This document shows positions 11,101-19,992 of a stretch of 64,000 nucleotides of DNA, piece by piece. The stretch's first letter is position 1; every line of letters starts with the position of its first letter. This DNA is from a virus (lineage: Duplodnaviria; Caudoviricetes). The position numbers were made by a program, and so were the translations under genes. The notes below the pieces were generated by a model. That model saw nothing but the letters and a program-made list of their open reading frames with translations, did not search any database and was not told where the DNA came from. The DNA is taken from positions 64,001 through 128,000 of the IMG/VR virus record IMGVR_UViG_3300037067_015585; one strand, 5' to 3'.

Positions 11101-11633
11101 AATACAAGACTGTCACGACTTGCTACAGTCGCTGCATATGTCGTCTCTGTTAAATCGTTGGTTGCTAAATTCCGATTATAAACTAAATAATTATTTAATG
11201 GGAAAATATTCTGTGCTGCGGCTACATCTTTAACAGTCGAAACGTTTGCTGGATTTACAAGATCTCGCTCAATTTTAATATCTGAAATATTGTATGCTTT
11301 AGTTGGTGAATTGTCTATTAAATTCTTACTCTGCAGATATTTTAACATCTGAGTAAGATCTTTATTATCAACTATGCCATCTCCATTCACATCGACATAT
11401 GGCTGATTTGATGGTCTGTTTTTGGGTAATGATCCAGTACCATGTGTAGTAATGTAGTTGGAAATAGTATTGTAGTCATTTATATCGACGACTCCATCAC
11501 CCAGTACATCAAATCTATTCCCTGGGTTCTGCCATCTAGATACACCTAATATTGTATTGCTTAGACTAAAGCTACTCACCAATGGAGTAACTTTAATTAC
11601 TTCGACATATGTTGTTAATCCTATTTGCGTCAT
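8103..11633 (-). CDS. Large multidomain virion/adhesin protein: dockerin-like EF-hand pair, two discoidin-like domains (the first with nested inserts) and a C-terminal Ig-like domain
   Basis: DVLGDGVVDINDY and DVNGDGIVDNKDL repeats; two WIQYDF/YIEYDF...YRYYR discoidin units, each preceded by SIDGADNP.TT.CTA.MTS; C-terminal HTYTIVATDN. Confidence 0.8.
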   Translation of the reverse strand: MTQIGLTTYVEVIKVTPLVSSFSLSNTILGVSRWQNPGNRFDVLGDGVVDINDYNTISNYITTHGTGSLPKNRPSNQPYVDVNGDGIVDNKDLTQMLKYLQSKNLIDNSPTKAYNISDIKIERDLVNPANVSTVKDVAAAQNIFPLNNYLVYNRNLATNDLTETTYAATVASRDSLVFVNIDAIIPVHPYTPGCYNQSCVFRIIKDRIAAAEILPIRFNKTPGATGVAAGNGLPLPGTDTSAMPVTPTVVATTTKAPTYVEPTTIVSDVTQPEITINDIFPNPCTIIGEISLINLSIDGADNPSTTACTAKMTSNTTPLPYVVSADSEAITWLEKWFYTPGAVTDLCAGSDINGTWLIQTSEGQMNYDSTTLNEVAVIALGAGATVISATEENFASPPDLRSYSTPDAITILCKNSGLPGASSINSIHGQMNYDTETINKAAFISLGSTVSVTNVTEAYYTPEPPVSLTYNNPSAITALCANSGLPGASSINTSSGQMRCDSATLDKIAKIALGSTGSVSASTCAYYTPNPPVTAYYDYAGNITRICINSGLPGSGNIVPDTDGDMRNDPATCLKFAQIVLGPTATYTWVKPGDWTTPGDNYLSYWNGSQFICGNARDLGNNMIDGITITRPGDTHYLSYWDGSKFVCVTADSVGNNMINTITVSKPGVTHYLSYWDGSQFVCVTAASMGNNMINTLDVMRPGIEYYLSYWDGTSFQCDDADKMGNKAISTVGCKNSYHFNPAWYAFDRTDNAWISGPGSIHWIQYDFNVGVVINKYAIQEANDVGFPVDFNLCGSNDETNWTTLDLRIGVRAPGDYAWTQYFTFINGTEYRYYRLNITEFIGSGSASGSSEGGVASVAEIKYVCLSIDGADNPGTTTCTAIMTSDNTPAPNVVSANSEYYSISRAVTYSAWKAFNRTNLNERDRWISAVAIPPWYIEYDFGSALPKVINKYAIQEQNYSGMTVVNGAVINEQNYNSDTGFPRDFLFQGSNDNNIWVTLDTRVNVDAPSVNTWSKWLTFKNGVLYRYYRIYVTAVNGELAMPISASTTDCVITASTYATIRNVVITQYNTIERTTAQFKTAGQTQTTLYSSQDLLLTCNAHDWRGVYAISLWIDGVSVAVATGPTINTNIGGVDFSFNIGKRAAGLHTYTIVATDNASYQTTPPYYCWFTVLQGGS

Positions 11634-11639
11634 AGTGGC

Positions 11640-12506
11640 TCATGATATAGTAAGGACAAAATCGCCGCTGCACCGCGTTGTTCCGTCTGGTAGAGTCGCA
11701 GTAACTCTGTATTGGTAAGTACCTTTCAAAAACTTAGATGTATCGACTATATATCGAAACACATATGGATTAGAACGATACGATCCTTGTCGTAAGCCAT
11801 TTGTCATTGGTTCGTCTTTAAAAAGTATTTCGTTATTTACGGTTGATATTGTAATTGTCCCAACTAACTGCGGTAAAACTGGTGCAACCAAATTAAAATC
11901 ATAATCATACAATGGCAATGGCATAATACCAATTTCTAATGGTCTAATTTCTGGTTGACTAAATTTCTGATCAAGCGGTTCAAATCCAAGTCTAATAGCA
12001 GTTAGTGAATCTTGACCGTCCCAATCATCAGCATAAACCCAAAACTTCCCGCACGTCTGAAGCGCTAGACCTTCATACTCAGAATTATCTAAATCAGGAC
12101 ATCCACTACTATCTGTAATGCATCCAGATCCGCCTAATTCTAGTAAACATGGATTTGTAGGAATATAACTCCAAACATCAAAATAAACATCTGGAACAGA
12201 TGCGTCAGCAGGCACATCTAATAATAATCTATATTCACCTGGTACAATTGCACCCTCTTGTCCTTCAGTCCCGCACACACCAGGCTCTGTATTGGTCCTG
12301 ACATATTCTACTGGGGAAGGATAATTTGGATCACACGGGCTGACTACAGCAAATTGTGCTATTAGGTTAGATGGAATTATTTGTGTTTTATAAATTTCAA
12401 CCTTACGAATTGCATATGGTGCAGTCGCTATACCACCACGCATAAATCGCATGTCAAGTTGGACTACATTACCGCGTCTTGCAGATATTCGTTGATATAT
12501 TGGCAT
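11640..12506 (-). CDS. Hypothetical structural protein (beta-rich, Cys-containing)
   Basis: Likely start MPIYQR at 12506 with GAGGTG SD (12513-12518) and a CAAAGATA motif upstream; the tracked upstream extension overlaps another ORF. Confidence 0.7.
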   Translation of the reverse strand: MPIYQRISARRGNVVQLDMRFMRGGIATAPYAIRKVEIYKTQIIPSNLIAQFAVVSPCDPNYPSPVEYVRTNTEPGVCGTEGQEGAIVPGEYRLLLDVPADASVPDVYFDVWSYIPTNPCLLELGGSGCITDSSGCPDLDNSEYEGLALQTCGKFWVYADDWDGQDSLTAIRLGFEPLDQKFSQPEIRPLEIGIMPLPLYDYDFNLVAPVLPQLVGTITISTVNNEILFKDEPMTNGLRQGSYRSNPYVFRYIVDTSKFLKGTYQYRVTATLPDGTTRCSGDFVLTIS

Positions 12507-12549
12507 ACAATTCACCTCAATTATAATATCTTTGCCAGGGTAAAAGACG

Positions 12550-12780
12550 TTATCGATATGGTGAATTAGGCATTGATCCTGATGACTTACGGTTACGCTC
12601 TTCAGCAACTTTTTCGAGCTTTCTAGACCACCATGCACGTTCCTCGGCGGTCATGACATTCTGCTCGAAAATCGTAAGTTCCCCGGTACCACCAACTCCG
12701 CATCTTAGCATGAACTGCTGTTCCATCAGCATGTTCCACTCTTTCTCACATTGCTCGTGAGACTTGCGGGCGAAAAAAGG
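12550..12780 (-). CDS. gp51-like / tail-chaperone extension ORF, possibly reached by frameshift from the gp26-like gene
   Basis: MTAEERAWWSRKLEKVAEE helix resembles the small ORF that follows gp26-like genes; overlaps the upstream gene in the +1 frame. Confidence 0.55.
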   Translation of the reverse strand, partial: PFFARKSHEQCEKEWNMLMEQQFMLRCGVGGTGELTIFEQNVMTAEERAWWSRKLEKVAEERNRKSSGSMPNSPYR

Positions 12781-13765
12781 ACTCGGTGATCGGCAGCATA
12801 GCACGGTGCGTTTCGCCGCAACCAGCACATTGCATTTCAATCATCGTTTCGATGCTCGGAGTATGTTCAGATAACCACTCTCTAATAACCGCAAGATCAG
12901 TAGATTGCATCTTGTTTACTATGCTTTTGATCTTGAATCTATCAGTTACGCCCATGATATCAACTATGACTGTCTCGATATTTTGTGTTACAATATCGTC
13001 AAGTGCAACCTCATCATGGCTATGATCCACTTGTTGCATTACACGATCTCTCGGTTTAATTCTAGCTCTTGATGAACCACCCAATATATTTTGGGCTTTT
13101 TTTGTTCTTTGGATGCTGCTAGCATCACGAACACGCAGGAATCTTATAGATGCCGATATATCTCGCCCGGTTGTCTTTGTGAGATATGGGAGATTAATTT
13201 TGAATGGCTCAGAACCCAATGATTCGTCTGCCCATATTATTGTGTTGACCAATTCATTTAAGTCGATGGTGTGAGTTGCAGTCTGCCCACACTGTTGATT
13301 GGGGCATGTTGTCGCGAATTCATATTCATTTCCGTGTGTGATACCGCGAAGATAGTACAATAGATATATCTGATCTCCGACTAACATATCTTGGATATCA
13401 AATCCATCTGGAAAACGACAACATTCTTTAAGCATATAATCAATCGACTGACCAGTTTGTGCCAGTCGAGCGGTAGCTAAAATTTTATCGATCTTAGCCG
13501 ACCAAGCTCTAACAGAAACAACACCGGATGTCCAACCATAATATAATCCTTTACTAGGTAATGTGGTCTCCTCCCACGGGATTAACTGCTCCGGCGAAGC
13601 TCTAGAAATAATATCAACAATATCAACATCTGATGTAGCGTTACCAACTAATTTCGCAATTTCAGAGTTTGGTACTTCATCAGTTTTTTTAATTGTTTTA
13701 TCTGTGTTCTGTGGTTTCTGCGATTTGATTTCGTCAGTCAAAGAAACCTCTTCTATATCAGCCAT
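12746..13765 (-). CDS. T4 gp26-like baseplate hub assembly chaperone
   Basis: LPSKGLYY, GDQIYLLYYLRGITHG, two CxxC-type knuckles (CPNQQC, CAGC) and C-terminal SFFRP; adjacent to tube genes. Confidence 0.75.
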   Translation of the reverse strand: MADIEEVSLTDEIKSQKPQNTDKTIKKTDEVPNSEIAKLVGNATSDVDIVDIISRASPEQLIPWEETTLPSKGLYYGWTSGVVSVRAWSAKIDKILATARLAQTGQSIDYMLKECCRFPDGFDIQDMLVGDQIYLLYYLRGITHGNEYEFATTCPNQQCGQTATHTIDLNELVNTIIWADESLGSEPFKINLPYLTKTTGRDISASIRFLRVRDASSIQRTKKAQNILGGSSRARIKPRDRVMQQVDHSHDEVALDDIVTQNIETVIVDIMGVTDRFKIKSIVNKMQSTDLAVIREWLSEHTPSIETMIEMQCAGCGETHRAMLPITESFFRPQVSRAM

Positions 13766-13835
13766 GATCACCTCAAATGTGTTGTTGGGCTATGTTATCA
13801 CAAAGCATAACATTATTTACTAAATGAAATAGATA

Positions 13836-14348
13836 TTAATTGTTCTCAGCCCAGTCATATGAAACAGTAACTTCGATAACTTTAACGTCAGTATTAGTAT
13901 ATGTCAAATCGCCTTCTTTAATTGTACTAGGCCAACTACCATGCAATGTCCAAACTGTGCTGGTCTCCCAATCTAAAGTATATATCGATATTTGCGAATC
14001 TTTTTTGTAATCACTTGGACTTGCTAAACCACCAGTGTCCGTCCAAACAGTTTTCCGCCAGCCTTTTACTACATCTGATGTTTTGCCACTACCAAGCATA
14101 GTATCATAAAATGTGACTTTTATGTCTTCCCATGTCACCATACTAGCATATTTATAGACTAAAGAGGCACCATCAACAGTTTCTTTTCCAACACTAAAAG
14201 TAGGAACAGTTGCATCTTTAGCAAGTATTGTATTCATACTTGCGGTATCTTCAAATAAGTTGTCGATAGTCCATGTATAATTATAGACTGGCTTTATAGC
14301 AGATGCCGCAACACCACCACCAACACCACCTACAATGAACCCTGGTAT
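13836..14348 (-). CDS. Tail tube-fold protein 3 (gp19 family), non-canonical ATA start
   Basis: The frame extends 37 codons upstream of the tracked ATG to ATA-CCA-GGG-TTC ((M)PGF), with AAAGGAG 7 nt upstream. WPSTIKEGDLTY...IEVTVSYD gp19 motif. Confidence 0.8.
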   Translation of the reverse strand: MPGFIVGGVGGGVAASAIKPVYNYTWTIDNLFEDTASMNTILAKDATVPTFSVGKETVDGASLVYKYASMVTWEDIKVTFYDTMLGSGKTSDVVKGWRKTVWTDTGGLASPSDYKKDSQISIYTLDWETSTVWTLHGSWPSTIKEGDLTYTNTDVKVIEVTVSYDWAENN

Positions 14349-14363
14349 GGTATGTCTCCTTTA

Positions 14364-14882
14364 TTAACTGCCTAGATTTTCCTCTGTAGCTTTGTCCATC
14401 TCAAGCGTAAAAGTAATTTCGCCAAGCTTTGATGATGTATAGTCTAATTCGTCTGGTGTCACTTTCGATGGCCAGCAGCCATACATTGTATATTTATATG
14501 TCGAAGTATTATTACCATCGACTAATTCTAATGTACATGTAGCCTTTGGATCGCCTACTAATGTTGATGCTTTGATATTGAGTATGCCAGTTGACCACCA
14601 CTGATAAATCTTGAAAGCAACATCAGCACTACCGATCGCATGATAAAAACTTATATCAATCGGTAGCCATTTTTGTTTACCAGGAAAACAAATGACATCT
14701 TGAATGTGATGCATTTGTCCTCTCTCAAATTCAACTTTTGGTCTTCCAGACTTATGGGCATATATCAATATGTCTTTTAATGGATCTAAAGTCTCAAATT
14801 TCCAACGATGCTGCCTTGCCATCTCTATATTGGCTCTAGGCTGATCGCTCGAACTACTATCGCTAATATTGAATCCAGGCAA
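14364..14882 (-). CDS. Tail tube-fold protein 2 (gp19 family), TTG start
   Basis: PGKQKWLPIDISFY and GCWPSKVTPDELDY...ITFTLEMD motifs. Confidence 0.85.
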   Translation of the reverse strand: MPGFNISDSSSSDQPRANIEMARQHRWKFETLDPLKDILIYAHKSGRPKVEFERGQMHHIQDVICFPGKQKWLPIDISFYHAIGSADVAFKIYQWWSTGILNIKASTLVGDPKATCTLELVDGNNTSTYKYTMYGCWPSKVTPDELDYTSSKLGEITFTLEMDKATEENLGS

Positions 14883-14989
14883 GAATGTATCCCTAATCAG
14901 CTAAACCACATCTACCTACTCCAATTTAGGTTTGATCAGGTAGATGAGACTGTACCGATAGGTGATTACAATAATGATGGAAGTATAGA

Positions 14990-15493
14990 TTATGACCTTA
15001 AAGCACGATCATATCGCAATGTAGCTTCAATCGTTGCAATATCGGTAGACGTATAATCGACATCACCCCAATTGACTTCTTTGGGCCAAGCATTCCACAT
15101 TGTCCATGTCTCTGTAGCAGCTCCGGTCGTATCGACCATTGTTAACGCTGCTTGCTGCTTGTATGATGACGGTAGATTGACATTAGCTGTTGTGAGATCT
15201 ACAACAGTCGCCAGCCAATCATAAATATTCGCTGACACATCAAATGTCTGTTCAACATCATACCATTTCATGCTAATCGGTTCCCAAGTTTGCTTACCAG
15301 CGAAGTAAGCAACCTCTTGGTCGTGATGCATTTCTGGTTCTGCGAACTTGAAATTTGGGCGAGATGTAGATTGCAACACCAATAATGATGCTGAATCAAA
15401 AGTGTTCAGAATCGTAAAAATCCAGCGATGCTTTCTACGTGTCTCTAAAGTGGCTGACGGGCCAGATCCACCATTTATATTAAATCCAGGCAT
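14990..15493 (-). CDS. Major tail tube protein (T4 gp19 family)
   Basis: AGKQTWEPISMKWYD and AWPKEVNWGDVDY...IEATLRYDRA; strong AAAGGAGG SD; immediately after the sheath gene. Confidence 0.9.
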   Translation of the reverse strand: MPGFNINGGSGPSATLETRRKHRWIFTILNTFDSASLLVLQSTSRPNFKFAEPEMHHDQEVAYFAGKQTWEPISMKWYDVEQTFDVSANIYDWLATVVDLTTANVNLPSSYKQQAALTMVDTTGAATETWTMWNAWPKEVNWGDVDYTSTDIATIEATLRYDRALRS

Positions 15494-15547
15494 GAAAGCC
15501 TCCTTTATTTCTTAAGTAAATTTGTTTGTCGTACTATACCAATCATG

Positions 15548-18403
15548 TTATGATGTAAGTCCTGCAACAACACCGCCAGCAGCCAAAACTTCTTCTGAAG
15601 TGAAGGATGCCGAAGATTGCATTACAACAAGGTTCAGTACGATAAATTCAACCGTACGCGTCGGCTTGAGGAAGACTGATATCCACAACTGATTAAGATC
15701 GCGTCTGGTTGGCGTGTTGTTCGTCGCATCGCAAACAACATTAAAAGCATCGAGCCCACGCCGTGCTGCGACATCAGCCAAGAATGGATTAATAAGCGAT
15801 TTAACCCGATTCCATGTCGTTTCGTCATTTGGCTCAAAAACAAATGTTCTTAATGTCTCGATCAGGTTCTTCTTCAAGTAAATCAACAACATCCTGACAT
15901 TAACTCTATCAAGTGCTGTCTCAGTTCTTTGAAGCGTACGCTGGCCAAAGATTACGATGCCATCCTTGGGGAACGATACTAGTGGATTAACGGCATTGCC
16001 GCTACCATACAATAGATCGCGTTCACCTTGGCTTGGATTATATTCAACCTTTAATGCTGTTCTCAAAACACCACGGTTCACGCCAGCAGGGGCAAACCAT
16101 TGTTCTGCAACATTTGCTGTATTAGCAAAAACTCCAGCTGCATGACCAGATGGCGGAATCCAGATGTTTTGGGCACTGTATTGGTCGTATATTTCAACCC
16201 AACCCCAGTACAATGCACCGTAGCTGCTATTGATAGCCGTAGACAAATCAGAAAGCAGCATGCCGTTGTGCCAATCAACAACTTGTTGCGGTCTGAGCCC
16301 AAAAGGAGGATCAACGATGTACAAAACATCGCCACGGCTCTCGCACAATTGCAAGCCTTGACCGATAACAGCACCTGATGTCATACCTGGTATGACCAGC
16401 AAATTGATATCATAAGTCTCAGAATTCTGAATGCTATACATGCCGCTTGAAGAGGCAGCATTACCGATGATGGCTGCATCCAATTCGCTCGAGTATGCTG
16501 GATCTATTGGGATACCATTGGCACCACCACTGAAAACGTGGCTCGATAATTGTGCTGGTTGACGCACTTCGTAAGTTGATGCGTCTGCTGGGTCATTATT
16601 CAAGAATGACGGTCGCTCTTCCCAATTGACAAAATTGTCTCCATTCACACCGCCAAGTGTCGTGCCAGGATTCAAAATATTGCCAACATATCTCGCATCA
16701 GTCTTATCAAAACTGATGTTCTGGACAGTATTAGCAACAGCACCATTTTTGTCGGTAATTACTAATTGATATCTAGCAGCCGCACGGCTGGAGATTTGTG
16801 TCTGCAATGAAAGAGTCAACTTGTAATCATCTAACCAAGTTCCGGCACTAGTAGCAACAAACCAGCCAACAACGTTTTGGAAGTATGCTGCATCAAGTGC
16901 ACATTGTGGACCACTGGGATCTTGTTCGCAAGACAATGGTACAGATGGCGTAATTTCACCAGTGTTGGGAAGCGCATTTCGGCTATCATAAAAACCACGA
17001 TATGCCTTAGTATAAGGCGCAAGTATCCCAATCTCTTCAGCGAACATCAATGTCTTAAGGTGAGAATAACTAGCCTTAAGTTGAAGTTGATCGAGTCGAT
17101 GCGTATCTGACGTCATGATTACGACATGCGAAGTACCACCTGGTGCCGTGATCGCAAACGACGTAAAGTACGTCTCGCCAGATTGAACACCGTTGCTATT
17201 GATCGCAGAAGCTATTGTCGCGGCTGTGATGTTCGTCCCAACCGGCATTCCAAAAACAATATTGGTTGTAGCACTTCCATCTGCAGCAATCACATCAAGT
17301 GAGATACGATTGCTTTGAGTGTTTATGAAGTATGGCTCTGCGTCCGTTCCAATCAAATAGCTACGCGGAATATCATAAGCGTACTGCTGCACGCCGATCT
17401 CGTAGGCAAAAGAACATGAACCAACAAGCTGAATGCGTGCACCAGAAACCTTTGTACGGAATTCTGGATATTCGACGTCATCAGTAGTAATGACTGCAGC
17501 GACGTAATCCTCAGAGGCCACAAGTAAGTTAATTGCATTAACAAATGCTGTAGCCGTGGTATATGTCGCTGTCGGCATCACATATGTATTTCCGACACCG
17601 TTTACTTCGACCTGGAACGATTTGTTGTATGGCTTGGCCACAAACAAGAACATATCATTCGCATCTAAACGACCACTAGTAACAAGAATGTTGCATACTA
17701 GCCCATCACCGATATCAATATTGTGACTTACACCAGTCATTTTTTCTTCCAAGACACCACTCACCATCAGTGCGCTATCGGAAGAGCGTACGACTTTGAA
17801 AGCTGCACCTTTCATAGAATAACCATCATCTGGAGCACCAGTGATGTACACAGCATAGGTATCTTCAGTGCAACCTGTGTAACTGTCGCTAAGATCTGTC
17901 TCACCAGAGAATTGTAACGTTGCGTCAGATGGGCCATCTGTAACTGATGTACTGACATCAGTGTACGTGATATCTGCAACACCAGCCGCATGAAAAGAAA
18001 CTGGTGTTGTGGAAGATATGGCATGCATCACTATGCTACCATAATCAATCCCGGTAAAAACAGGAATTCGATTCCACCCATTCAAGCGGCTACCGGAAGT
18101 ATCAATGCAAACGTCGCTAAGGCCGGTTGGCTGCCCTTCTTGACATTCGATGCCGACGCGTACAATGTATGCTTGGTCGCTATTTACTAAATATTCTAGT
18201 ACAGCATACATCAAATAGCTATCGACAAATGGCTCACCAAATGTGTCAATAGCCTGCTGTGGACCACTAACGAAAATAGGTGTATTCAAGGGGCCTTTAC
18301 TGGCAGTACCGATGAATGCAGCACGAAGTGGGCCAGAACCACCTGTCACGTTGCTAATGTCTATTTCCCTTGGGTAAACACCCGGACTCAGATATGTGGC
18401 CAT
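15548..18403 (-). CDS. Contractile tail sheath protein (gp18 family) with large central insertions
   Basis: YLSPGVYPREID N-terminus; WFAPAGVNRG, FGQRTLQ, DRVNVRMLL, FVFEPND and KPTRTVEFI motifs. Confidence 0.97.
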   Translation of the reverse strand: MATYLSPGVYPREIDISNVTGGSGPLRAAFIGTASKGPLNTPIFVSGPQQAIDTFGEPFVDSYLMYAVLEYLVNSDQAYIVRVGIECQEGQPTGLSDVCIDTSGSRLNGWNRIPVFTGIDYGSIVMHAISSTTPVSFHAAGVADITYTDVSTSVTDGPSDATLQFSGETDLSDSYTGCTEDTYAVYITGAPDDGYSMKGAAFKVVRSSDSALMVSGVLEEKMTGVSHNIDIGDGLVCNILVTSGRLDANDMFLFVAKPYNKSFQVEVNGVGNTYVMPTATYTTATAFVNAINLLVASEDYVAAVITTDDVEYPEFRTKVSGARIQLVGSCSFAYEIGVQQYAYDIPRSYLIGTDAEPYFINTQSNRISLDVIAADGSATTNIVFGMPVGTNITAATIASAINSNGVQSGETYFTSFAITAPGGTSHVVIMTSDTHRLDQLQLKASYSHLKTLMFAEEIGILAPYTKAYRGFYDSRNALPNTGEITPSVPLSCEQDPSGPQCALDAAYFQNVVGWFVATSAGTWLDDYKLTLSLQTQISSRAAARYQLVITDKNGAVANTVQNISFDKTDARYVGNILNPGTTLGGVNGDNFVNWEERPSFLNNDPADASTYEVRQPAQLSSHVFSGGANGIPIDPAYSSELDAAIIGNAASSSGMYSIQNSETYDINLLVIPGMTSGAVIGQGLQLCESRGDVLYIVDPPFGLRPQQVVDWHNGMLLSDLSTAINSSYGALYWGWVEIYDQYSAQNIWIPPSGHAAGVFANTANVAEQWFAPAGVNRGVLRTALKVEYNPSQGERDLLYGSGNAVNPLVSFPKDGIVIFGQRTLQRTETALDRVNVRMLLIYLKKNLIETLRTFVFEPNDETTWNRVKSLINPFLADVAARRGLDAFNVVCDATNNTPTRRDLNQLWISVFLKPTRTVEFIVLNLVVMQSSASFTSEEVLAAGGVVAGLTS

Positions 18404-18493
18404 TTGTCATCTCCATAGTTAATAATCAAACTATGGTAGATTTGCCAACAACCACATAAAACATTAACGAATGATAATTTTTAAATAGCCTTA

Positions 18494-18748
18494 CTAATTG
18501 ACGGCGGACGTTTTCTCGCTGTCATGCAGAATTTTAATCATACGTCTCGTAGTCAAATTAGATATCTGAGACTCATTTAAAAAACTCTTAGGCAGCCGTA
18601 CAGTCTTGCCAGACTTTAAATATATTGTCTGTTCATGTAGAAAGAAATCACCACCAGGTGGCTTAACAGAAATTGGTATCATCTGCTTACTACTGTTGTA
18701 AATCTGGACAACATGATTAGTTTCTTTAATATGTGATTGTTGCTTCAT
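18494..18748 (-). CDS. Small hypothetical structural protein
   Basis: GAGGTG SD; located between the gp15-like gene and the sheath gene. Confidence 0.7.
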   Translation of the reverse strand: MKQQSHIKETNHVVQIYNSSKQMIPISVKPPGGDFFLHEQTIYLKSGKTVRLPKSFLNESQISNLTTRRMIKILHDSEKTSAVN

Positions 18749-18815
18749 TCGATCACCTCGATGTAATGCTAAATATTATTTACACCTGAAATAACTTATT
18801 ATTTACGATCTTAAA

Positions 18816-19652
18816 CTAGCTTATAATGCCACCACGACCAATCAGATATTGACTATTTGTAGATAGTTCTTTAACAGATGTTACACGCCCAAGTATTGTG
18901 GGTACTATAAGCTCTGGTAGTGGTAGCCATGCTTCGGCTGTCATAGAAAATTCATATCGCGTTTTAGCTTTTTGGTCGAATCCTGCTTCCTTTTCGCTAG
19001 TATCAGAAGACCCTTCAAATCTAAGCTGCACACTGCCACGCATATGCTGATCGCACATCACAAATTCAGCTAGCGGATTAAAGCGTGGTAATATTTGTTC
19101 AAGCGCATAATCAGCTTCATTTTTATATGATGCCCATACCGTAAGCGTATATTTTACCAAGAATGGTACTGGCCTTCTTATTAAGGCGACTCGATCCATT
19201 CTTGTACTAGTATATCTGCGAGCTATGGCTGCTGCTGGAGAACTAAACTTTTGTGGATTGAACTCGTGGCTAATTCTGCTAATAGACGCGACAGGGAATT
19301 TTACTCTACCGTCTTTAAGCTGATCACGCCATATAAGTATACTTTTATCACCACCAGCTATTTTGACCCTCATAAACCTATATGAGTCTTTTGTAGGTAT
19401 CCTGATGCCAGACCAATACGTTTTCATTGCTTCATCAAGAGCACGAAAACCTGGCATTAAAAATTCTTGAATATATTCTGGTTGTGTTCCTAATGGCTCA
19501 CCATAAATCTTAGATCGACCACCCTGAACATCACTACTCTGTGCAACCCCGATAGGTATACGGTCTATAAATGGATTTAACTCAGGACCAGGTATTGGTT
19601 GAGATGTCCTCTCTCGTTCTAGTACATTCGGTGTGAATTCGTGGATAGCCAT
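18816..19652 (-). CDS. Tail terminator / sheath stabiliser (T4 gp15-like)
   Basis: PVPFLVKYTLTVW...LEQILPRFNP matches the gp15 'PVPY...EQILP.F.P' pattern. Confidence 0.8.
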   Translation of the reverse strand: MAIHEFTPNVLERERTSQPIPGPELNPFIDRIPIGVAQSSDVQGGRSKIYGEPLGTQPEYIQEFLMPGFRALDEAMKTYWSGIRIPTKDSYRFMRVKIAGGDKSILIWRDQLKDGRVKFPVASISRISHEFNPQKFSSPAAAIARRYTSTRMDRVALIRRPVPFLVKYTLTVWASYKNEADYALEQILPRFNPLAEFVMCDQHMRGSVQLRFEGSSDTSEKEAGFDQKAKTRYEFSMTAEAWLPLPELIVPTILGRVTSVKELSTNSQYLIGRGGIIS

Positions 19653-19662
19653 ATTGTATTTT

Positions 19663-19986
19663 CTAATTCAAAAATGCTGCCAAATTGCCTGGAACAATAC
19701 CACTGCACGTACCAGACGAAGATGCACCAAAACGATTCATCAAATTTTTGAATTGTTGTTCTATTTTAGCTCTATCTTGTCTATCGACCCAATCGTTTAT
19801 ATTCAATGATATTAAAGATCCATTTGCAACCTGTTTTATCGACACGCTAACGCTATCTTTATCACCAATCTTCTCTAATTCACTACGTATACGATCGCGA
19901 AATGAGCTAGAAATTTTGCCTGATTTGGCATCAAGATCTAGTCCAATTTGACCAATCAATTCTCTCGGATCTGTAAACTCTTTCAT
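19663..19986 (-). CDS. Hypothetical protein
   Basis: Co-oriented ORF in the neck operon. Confidence 0.65.
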   Translation of the reverse strand: MKEFTDPRELIGQIGLDLDAKSGKISSSFRDRIRSELEKIGDKDSVSVSIKQVANGSLISLNINDWVDRQDRAKIEQQFKNLMNRFGASSSGTCSGIVPGNLAAFLN

Positions 19987-19992
19987 TTAGTT

